Assembly: GCA_963843065.1 (NCBI GenBank)
Contig: CAWJKX010000196.1
Location: forward strand, 1,109 to 65,108
From: an uncultured Bacteroidota bacterium
GTDB taxonomy: Bacteria > Bacteroidota > Ignavibacteria > UBA10030 > UBA8401
Length of the DNA: 64,000 bases
Direction of reading: 5' to 3'
Below are positions 57,650 through 64,000 of the stretch, piece by piece. Both the position numbers and the translations under genes were made by a program. Position 1 is the first letter of the stretch. Each line of letters starts with the position of its first letter. A model generated the notes under the pieces. The model was not told the origin of the DNA. It worked only from the letters and a program-made list of their open reading frames with translations, and did not search any database.

Positions 57650-58315
57650 TTAATTCTTTTTGTCTTTGAACAATGTATGTCCTTTCACCAACCATGAAAT
57701 ACCGAATGCAAACAATGCGACGGATTCAAGTATCAACACCGGGTTCATCGCCGCAAGAAAAGTCCCCCGCAAAAAAAATGTATATATCGTTATACATACT
57801 ATTGCAAGAATCATGACAATTCCGCAAATGCGATAGATCATATTCCTTCGCTTTTTTTCTTTCCCCATAACGCCCGGGTGGCGTTTGGTGAAGAGGAAGA
57901 GAGAATTGAACGACAATGCAAGAAAAAACAATGTACCGAAGGTCAAATGGATCTTTTCGGAAATGCTGTCATCAATGAGAAACATTCCGACTCTGACAAT
58001 CTTGCCGGAGAACATTGCCGTAGGAAAGAAAATCATTCCCAGCGCAAATATACCGCTCATCTTCGCTACGATGCTGTCAATGTCTTCATAACCTCTGTAC
58101 GATATGAGAAACAATGCAACTCCACTCAACATTCCGACTAGAAAATCGCGCATATTTGTATAATAGTAACCGCTTATCGATCCCTGTACATCAGGTTCAC
58201 CTTGTGTAAATCCCCCGAGGACAACGATAAGGGGAAGCGATATTCCCAGAATACCTATTAACCTCCGCATTGCTAAATATGAGATGATCAGACTTTTTTC
58301 TCGATTGGTTGACAT
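57650..58315 (-). CDS. Integral membrane protein (about 6 TM, unknown family)
   Basis: 221 aa. IISYLAMRRLIGILGISLPLIVVLGG and SISGYYYTNMRDFLVGML. Hydrophobic periodicity runs throughout. Confidence 0.6.
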   Translation of the reverse strand: MSTNREKSLIISYLAMRRLIGILGISLPLIVVLGGFTQGEPDVQGSISGYYYTNMRDFLVGMLSGVALFLISYRGYEDIDSIVAKMSGIFALGMIFFPTAMFSGKIVRVGMFLIDDSISEKIHLTFGTLFFLALSFNSLFLFTKRHPGVMGKEKKRRNMIYRICGIVMILAIVCITIYTFFLRGTFLAAMNPVLILESVALFAFGISWLVKGHTLFKDKKN

Positions 58316-58369
58316 ATCAACGCCCTTGCTAAATTACATGCTATCAAGTTTCTCGATACTATTTGTTTA

Positions 58370-58883
58370 TCACAGAGGGGAATCTACCTTCATTGCAACC
58401 CAGTCGACTCCAATGTTTTCTCTCGTTCGAAGCCTGTCGATAAGTGCTCCTGCATGATGCTGGATGTGGCGGATATTGTAGAACTGGAGCTCTATCTTCT
58501 TGAACGGCAGCCAGTAAAATCCTGACTCAGCGTCCAGGTCTATTGACGAGATTTTCTCCTCGACCTGGTTTTTGCATAGATCTAAGTACCTCGAGAGTTT
58601 CTTCCTTCGTGTATGGTTTTCCTATATTCGGTTTTGTATGCGGCGGCCAGGGAAGATTCCCAAGGAATTGGTGGTGCTCCTTGTGCTTCTTCCAGGGGAC
58701 AAACTGATTCTCAGCATCTTGTAAGTACAAATGTGTATAGAAGAGAACGTGGTATGAAATATGCCAGCATCTATTTTTGAAGTCTTCGCTGTTCCATAAA
58801 GAAGGCGGGCATTTGGTGATTGCACTTCGCAACATCTCGAGCGATGCATAATACTGAGACTTGATGACTTCCTTCGTCTCCAT
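58370..58883 (-). CDS. DinB-family (DinB_2-like) four-helix protein; one frameshift as assembled
   Basis: METKEVIKSQYYASLEMLRSAI...CWHISYHVLFYTHLYL...KEETLE joins YLDLCKNQVEEKISSIDLDAESGFYW...FYNIRHIQHHAGALIDRL at GG 58589-90. Length is 514 nt (3n+1). Confidence 0.7.
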
Positions 58884-58991
58884 TCATTGTCCTTTCGTTT
58901 ATGCTCCGACCCTTCTGCGGACTGAATGATACATGGCATTTTAACGCACTGCGTTGAAATTTTTTGACGCAGTGTGTTTTGTGATCCGCCC

Positions 58992-59531
58992 CTACTTCCC
59001 CGATTGATTTGTTCTGACCAAACCGGTAAGGTCGTAGCCCTTTGCTTTAATTTGGTCAAGCAGAGTGTTGAGCGTCGATTCATCCATTCCCGGAGTTCTG
59101 GAAAGCACCCACAGATATTTCCGGGCAGGTTCACCGATGACGGCATAGCTGTAGTCGGGTGAAAGAGCAATGATCCAATAATCACCCCACACAAATGGAA
59201 GGAATGAGAGGATTGAAGGGGCGAACCGTACTTTCAACTTGGTATTTGGTACATCGTCGCCGGAAAGTTTTGCCTCTCCTTCCGCTTCATCGATCTCTCC
59301 GGTTTTTTTTCGACAGCGGTTAACAACTTTGATTCTTCCATTCTCGAGCAGTGTGTACGTCGCCGTCACATCGCCGGCACACTGTTTCTGAAACCCGTTT
59401 GGCAATCGGGCAATTTCGTACCATACTCCAGCGTACCTAGTAAGGTCAACACTAGGAACCACTTCAAGCGATTGTGTTGATTGATCTTGAGCGTTGCTCG
59501 CGCCTGCGAGAAGTGCTAAGATGATATACAT
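58992..59531 (-). CDS. blc: Bacterial lipocalin (Blc-like)
   Basis: About 179 aa from MYIILALLAGASNAQ. YAGVWYEIARLPNGFQKQC is the lipocalin SCR1 motif. Also WIIALSPDYSYAVIGEP and YLWVLSRTP. Confidence 0.85.
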   Translation of the reverse strand: MYIILALLAGASNAQDQSTQSLEVVPSVDLTRYAGVWYEIARLPNGFQKQCAGDVTATYTLLENGRIKVVNRCRKKTGEIDEAEGEAKLSGDDVPNTKLKVRFAPSILSFLPFVWGDYWIIALSPDYSYAVIGEPARKYLWVLSRTPGMDESTLNTLLDQIKAKGYDLTGLVRTNQSGK

Positions 59532-59632
59532 GTGTTTGCACCAGTTCTTGAGCCTGTGCTCTAGATTGTTGTTCGCCCTCATTCCGAGCATTTTCATCTC
59601 GCTTCCAAGTTTCACTTGGGAATCATCTCGTC

Positions 59633-59665
59633 ATCTCGTTCCCAAGCTGAACTTGGGAACGAGAT
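59633..59665. repeat. REP-like single hairpin, locus R5 (minimal unit of the family)
   Basis: ATCTCGTTCCCAAG-ctgaa-CTTGGGAACGAGAT, a 14-bp perfect stem. A degenerate copy (CTTCCAAG-tttca-CTTGGGAA) sits just upstream at about 59601-59621. Confidence 0.85.
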
Positions 59666-59699
59666 ACTAAGAGTGAAGCGATTGCTTAGAGTCGCGGCA

Positions 59700-60254
59700 T
59701 CACTTGGCCGCTGAACTTTCTTCTATAAGATAAAGACGATTATCTTCGACCCGGTACAGCAGCGGAGCTATTACAATCTTCGGGTAGCGCAAGCGAAGCC
59801 GCTTCACTTCGCTCAGAATAAAATCAACTTCGTTCCCAATTTCGAACATCGGGGCAAAGTGAAAGAAATGTTCTTCAGCCGATTGTTCCTGCCAGCCTGC
59901 TGCTTTGACGAGACCTTGAACAAATTGCTCTTTGCGGGCGATGAGGTTGACCATTCCGCATTGTGTATGTCCGATCAACGCGATGCATCGTACTCCGCCG
60001 ACTGCGATGGCATACGAAACTTTGAACTCGCTGTATCTGAGGTTTGCACCCCCCGTACGAATAATAAATGCGAAATTATCCGGGATATGGAGATGTTTCC
60101 GATTATCCATGCACATCCCGATCAACAAGCTGGCGTTAGTGTACGAGTCCAAAGTCCGCCCGAGATTGTGGTATTCGAGCAGAAGTCCGATCGGAGTCTC
60201 CCGGTACTGCGGAGGAATATTTTCTTTCGACGTTACCGTCAGTAGTCTGTTCAT
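59700..60254 (-). CDS. Beta-class carbonic anhydrase-like protein
   Basis: 184 aa. CMDNR (C-x-D-x-R) and GHTQCGMV (H-x-x-C) zinc ligand motifs. Confidence 0.75.
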   Translation of the reverse strand: MNRLLTVTSKENIPPQYRETPIGLLLEYHNLGRTLDSYTNASLLIGMCMDNRKHLHIPDNFAFIIRTGGANLRYSEFKVSYAIAVGGVRCIALIGHTQCGMVNLIARKEQFVQGLVKAAGWQEQSAEEHFFHFAPMFEIGNEVDFILSEVKRLRLRYPKIVIAPLLYRVEDNRLYLIEESSAAK

Positions 60255-60278
60255 TCGGTTTTTGTATTCATCGTGAAA

Positions 60279-61067
60279 TTAAACTCCCTTTGGAAATGAA
60301 ACTCCAGACAATCGGTCACATTCTGAAATGTATTTTTCCTGTACAGCGATATCGGCAGCCGCCGGAAGAAAACTCCGCAGTTTCTTATGGTAAAAATATT
60401 TCCCCGAAACCAAAGCTTCCTTTTCCTCGCTCGAGGCGAGCCAAACTTGTGTTGCAGGCCCTTTGTCCAGGCTGACGGATGCTTCGGGTCCCCCCATTTT
60501 CGTGGCAACCCAGCCGGGTTCCAGTGCGTTGGAAAACACATCAGGCCATTTACGGGCGACGGCAAAAGCAAGGATCACATTATGCAATTTAGAATCGGCG
60601 TAGGCAGTGGAACCTTCCCACGAACGCGTACTCCAGGTCAAATCTTTCAAGCTCTGGTCGCCGCTTCGATGCATGCCTGAGCTGGTGTACACCAAACGTT
60701 TCGGCCTGTTGATCAAGCATGTCAGAATGTACGGGGCCAACGAATTTACGGCGAAAATATGCGATAAGCCATCGACGGTCTGGATACGACGCGATTCGCG
60801 ATAGCCGATACCGGCATTGTGAATAACAGCATCAAATACGCCGAGCATATTTACTTGTTCCGCAACGTGTTTGGTTTCCGAAATGCTTGAAAGGTCGCCG
60901 ACCGCCGCGGTTGCAGCTCCGGGAACATGTGATAATGCTTCGTCAGCCCGCTTTTGATTGCGGGCATGCAATACTACCCGGTGCCCATCTGCAACCAGCA
61001 ACCGAGCGGCCATTAAACCTAATCCATCGGCAGAACCGGTGATGAAGATTGACTTAGAAATAGTCAA
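60279..61067 (-). CDS. Short-chain dehydrogenase/reductase (SDR)
   Basis: 262 aa. ITGSADGLGLMAARLL (T-G-x3-G-x-G), NAGIG and YADSKL (Y-x3-K). Confidence 0.85.
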   Translation of the reverse strand: MTISKSIFITGSADGLGLMAARLLVADGHRVVLHARNQKRADEALSHVPGAATAAVGDLSSISETKHVAEQVNMLGVFDAVIHNAGIGYRESRRIQTVDGLSHIFAVNSLAPYILTCLINRPKRLVYTSSGMHRSGDQSLKDLTWSTRSWEGSTAYADSKLHNVILAFAVARKWPDVFSNALEPGWVATKMGGPEASVSLDKGPATQVWLASSEEKEALVSGKYFYHKKLRSFLPAAADIAVQEKYISECDRLSGVSFPKGV

Positions 61068-61202
61068 ATGATGTATGCTTTTTATAAATAGTTATCCGCT
61101 GTTTACAATGCCATTTAGTAGACATTCTTCAAAACAATAACGCTGACTTTTTTCAGGGCATTATTCTCCAAGGATGCTCATCAGCCTGTGCGCACCCTGA
61201 AC

Positions 61203-61231
61203 AAAGTAAGTGTTCTCTCCTGTTTTGTCAA
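61203..61231 (-). promoter_or_regulatory. Sigma-70-type promoter candidate for the SDR gene (shared module, copy A)
   Basis: Minus strand: TTGACA (61231-61226), 17-nt spacer, TACTTT (61208-61203). It sits inside a 23-bp block identical to 62777-62799. GGCTA/TAGCC half-sites lie 33-63 bp upstream (61264-61294). Confidence 0.5.
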
Positions 61232-61336
61232 GCAATGCAATGAGGAGACAGTTGCGGTTTGTTCGGCTAGCGGTTAGCTTTTAGCCATTGGCTATTACGT
61301 GTTGTTTCCCCTTATTCTTTGCTGTGAGGTCGCTTG

Positions 61337-62596
61337 CTATTTGAGTACACTGAATTTTTTTGTTTCACTGTACGTCCCTGCCTGGAACCTGTAGAAATAT
61401 GTCCCGCTCGAGATGCCGGCTGCGTTGAACGTTACCGAATGAGTCCCCGCACTTTGCTCTCCATCCACGAGCGTGGCGATTTCTCTTCCGAGTACGTCGT
61501 ACACTTTTAACGTCGCACGACTGTTCACTGGCATCTGATATCTGATAACGGTACTCGGATTGAACGGATTGGGAAAATTCTGATACAAGGCATATTGCGC
61601 TGGCAATTGAGAAGGATGGTTATTCACGGATGTGGCAATGTCGGCAAGTGGAATTCGCCACACGCCCCCTTGTGTACCGGCAAAGAGATATTTTTTGTTC
61701 GCTGCTATGGCGTTGATGGCAGCACCCCCAAAGACGGTACCGCTGACAGGAATCCATGCCAGGCCGAAATCGGAAGTGACGTAGAAGCCTACGCTGATAC
61801 CACTCATGAAGAGCAGGTTCCCTGCTGAGGCAAACAAACAGTATTCAAGATATTCCGGAAGGCCATTGCTCCGCGCCAGCCACGTCGTGTCTTTTCCGCT
61901 GTACATAAAGACCCCATCCCATGCGCCGACAAAGATGGCAGTGTCAAAGACAATCATAGCACCGGCATCGAACCAATGCCCTCCGAGACCGGCAAATTTC
62001 CATGTTGTATCTCCAGGGTGCATCACATAAGCTCCTCCGAGAAGATACAGTGTGGCGTAAAGACCGGAAGGTGTAGAAACTATTCCATACGCAGGCATGG
62101 TGTAAACCATAGAATGACTCTGGCCGGTGGCAAGCCCATTATTTGCCGGTATCCAGGAAGTGCCGAAGTCCGTGCTTCGATAAACGCCAGACTGATTGGC
62201 TGCGTAAAGAACGGTGTCGACGCTGGCGAATTGGTTTATAGCACCTCCGCCCCATTCAAAGCCGGTGTTTGCCGTCTCCCATGTATCTCCGTTGTCCGAA
62301 GACCGGCATACGCCGTCATTTGTGCCGGCAAATATATATCTGCCCGCAGAAGTAAGAGAGAGTATTGTGTCTACGGGAATTTGGCCCGCAGTGTTGACCC
62401 ACGTTTCCCCGCCATCGGTAGAGCGATAGAGGGAATGAAAATAGCCCCCCACAAACACGGTGCTGTCCGTTGTTACGAGGAAGGATGTAACTGCAGCATT
62501 TTGCATCTGCGGAATTGCATACCACTGTGCAACCGCATTATTAGTGTTGGCTGCAAAAGATATGGCGATTAATACGGAAAGAAATTGCGTTTTCAT
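61337..62596 (-). CDS. BNR/Asp-box repeat protein with T9SS C-terminal sorting domain
   Basis: 419 aa from the ATG at 62596, preceded by AAGGAGG. Signal peptide MKTQFLSVLIAISFAANTNNAVAQ. Asp-boxes STDGGETW, SSDNGDTW and STDFGTSW. C-terminus LYQNFPNPFNPSTVIRYQM...TYFYRFQAGTYSETKKFSVLK. Confidence 0.85.
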   Translation of the reverse strand: MKTQFLSVLIAISFAANTNNAVAQWYAIPQMQNAAVTSFLVTTDSTVFVGGYFHSLYRSTDGGETWVNTAGQIPVDTILSLTSAGRYIFAGTNDGVCRSSDNGDTWETANTGFEWGGGAINQFASVDTVLYAANQSGVYRSTDFGTSWIPANNGLATGQSHSMVYTMPAYGIVSTPSGLYATLYLLGGAYVMHPGDTTWKFAGLGGHWFDAGAMIVFDTAIFVGAWDGVFMYSGKDTTWLARSNGLPEYLEYCLFASAGNLLFMSGISVGFYVTSDFGLAWIPVSGTVFGGAAINAIAANKKYLFAGTQGGVWRIPLADIATSVNNHPSQLPAQYALYQNFPNPFNPSTVIRYQMPVNSRATLKVYDVLGREIATLVDGEQSAGTHSVTFNAAGISSGTYFYRFQAGTYSETKKFSVLK

Positions 62597-62767
62597 CTTG
62601 ACCTCCTTCTTGATATTCAGGACTTTCCCTGCCGCGCTCCTGAATTGACTAATCCGTTGCTTCGGCATTCACATGCAACTTGGAACAAACACACGTCGTA
62701 CGAATACTATTGATTTCTCGCTGAGCATCTCCTCCTAAGACGCGGTTCGGCTGGTACAGCTGAGAAC

Positions 62768-62796
62768 AAGGTAGCGGTTCTCTCCTGTTTTGTCAA
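62768..62796 (-). promoter_or_regulatory. Sigma-70-type promoter candidate for the BNR/T9SS gene (shared module, copy B)
   Basis: Minus strand: TTGACA (62796-62791), 17-nt spacer, TACCTT (62773-62768). GGCTA-N8-TAGCC lies at 62834-62851, upstream of the -35. Confidence 0.45.
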
Positions 62797-62943
62797 GCAG
62801 CGTAGGGAAAGGAGGCTGTGGTATGTACCAGTCGGCTATTAGCAATTAGCCGTTAGCTACCACCTTCTTGCTATACTTATCTCAAAGCACCCCTTTTGAA
62901 GGACGGCCTTACTGAGAATCGATCATTGTTCATTGTTGATTGT

Positions 62944-64000
62944 TCATTGTTTCTTTCTCGCCATCGTTCTGTACTCCTGCGCTTTCTCTTTGTCTCCAAG
63001 CGCCGCGTAACATTCCGCTGTGTTGAGATACCCCCCATAAAAATTCGGGTCGAGGCGAACGGCCTTGAGAAAATATGGAAGAGCTTTTGAATACTCTTTT
63101 TGATTGGCGAAGACGGCTCCGATGTCGTTTTTGATCTTCGGCGATTCGGGGGATAATCTCTCGGCCTCTTGCAGGTAGAATAATGCTTCGTCGAAATGTC
63201 CCGTTTGTGCAAGGATTACGCCGAGGGGAGCTAAGTAGTCCGGGTTCGAGGGACCGAGCCGAGCAAGCTCTCTATATGCTGCAATCGCTTTGCTGAAATT
63301 CCCGGCTGCCTGTTCTGCTTTCGCGCAATTGAGCCACGCCCAGTTGCTAGTCGAATCAAGAGCAACGTACCGTTCGAAGCACACGGCGGCCTGGGCAAAT
63401 TCACGGCGGTCCCTATGATAATTCGCAAGTTCTTCGTATGCTTCGAGGCAGGCTTGAGTCCCCCAAAGTTCTTTCTCTTCTAGAATCTCGAATCGGGCTA
63501 TTGCGCTGTGCGCGTCCGCGTTGAGTGCCACCCAGGCTCCGGTTTGGAGCAGCGTTACAACGCTGAGGACCAGCATGGCGCGTTGTCTGATTTCTCTGTT
63601 GTCGGCGACGGTTGTCCAGATCGCGATTGCCGCGACGGGTATTCCCACGCTGAACGGCGCTGCGATATCCCAATCCCTGCTCATCCCCAGCGTGCAATTC
63701 AACACGGCAATCAAACCAATGCCGCATCCCATCGCCAGTAGAAGAAACCACTCGGATGTTTCCAGCGGCCTGCGTTTTTTTAGCGATGCAACGATTGCGA
63801 CGACGAGGAGTACCACAGCGGCGGGGGTGCAAAGAAGAAAAAGATTTGCCAAATCCGCCGCATGGCTCAACGAAAATATACTATATGCCTGATGTTTCCC
63901 GGCCGGACTGCCGAAAGGAAGAATATTGGTGCCGGCATCGTTAAAGACTTGCGAAAAGAAGGAAGAAGAATACCCCGAGACAAACAGTAAGGCGATAAAA
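62944..64000 (-). CDS. Multi-TM plus TPR-repeat protein; 5' end lies off-window
   Basis: The frame stays open to base 64000 (...FIALLFVSGYSSSFFSQVFNDAGTNILPFG...), so the track start at 63870 (TTG) is internal. TM segments are followed by TPR units (AIAAYRELARLGPSNPDY, ALFYLQEAERLSPESP, ALPYFLKAVRLDPNF). Confidence 0.75.
   Translation of the reverse strand, partial: FIALLFVSGYSSSFFSQVFNDAGTNILPFGSPAGKHQAYSIFSLSHAADLANLFLLCTPAAVVLLVVAIVASLKKRRPLETSEWFLLLAMGCGIGLIAVLNCTLGMSRDWDIAAPFSVGIPVAAIAIWTTVADNREIRQRAMLVLSVVTLLQTGAWVALNADAHSAIARFEILEEKELWGTQACLEAYEELANYHRDRREFAQAAVCFERYVALDSTSNWAWLNCAKAEQAAGNFSKAIAAYRELARLGPSNPDYLAPLGVILAQTGHFDEALFYLQEAERLSPESPKIKNDIGAVFANQKEYSKALPYFLKAVRLDPNFYGGYLNTAECYAALGDKEKAQEYRTMARKKQ

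Overview
This 64-kb chromosomal window comes from a bacterium with a type IX secretion system (T9SS). It is probably Ignavibacteria/Bacteroidota-like (FCB group): five proteins end in the ...NYPNPFNPST... sorting domain, and GC is roughly 50% by eye. Content is mostly housekeeping and envelope genes. These include uppP, DedA, MarC, xerD, lysC-asd-lysA, a PgpH-like 7TM-HD protein, a DUF2946/TonB-receptor pair and an S8 peptidase. There are also three paralogous beta-propeller lipoproteins, a sigma-54 response regulator plus a CheY-like protein, and a tricorn-like S41 protease. A string argF / arcC / PyrB-like / rocD / COG2403 is followed by an M1 aminopeptidase, a rho-like gene, mgsA, ettA, mgtA, a TM2-DUF2752-DUF4870-M48 operon, blc, a beta-carbonic anhydrase and an SDR. 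I saw no rRNA, tRNA, CRISPR, transposase, phage or recognisable defence genes.

Main observations:
1. The PyrB-fold carbamoyltransferase next to carbamate kinase keeps the carbamoyl-phosphate site, but its presumed aspartate side-chain binders are replaced (T-H-I-D-R-E-R instead of T-R-x-Q-x-E-R).
2. A palindromic GTTCCCAA/TTGGGAAC mosaic repeat family (REP/BIME-like) fills five intergenic sites, including two tandem arrays.
3. There are two MITE families. One is present as two inverted copies, each with its own 9-bp target duplication.
4. About 17 single-base indels, mostly in short homopolymers, split 11 conserved genes. The ORF track is therefore fragmented, and this is more likely assembly error than biology.

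All family assignments rest on motif recognition by eye, not on searches.
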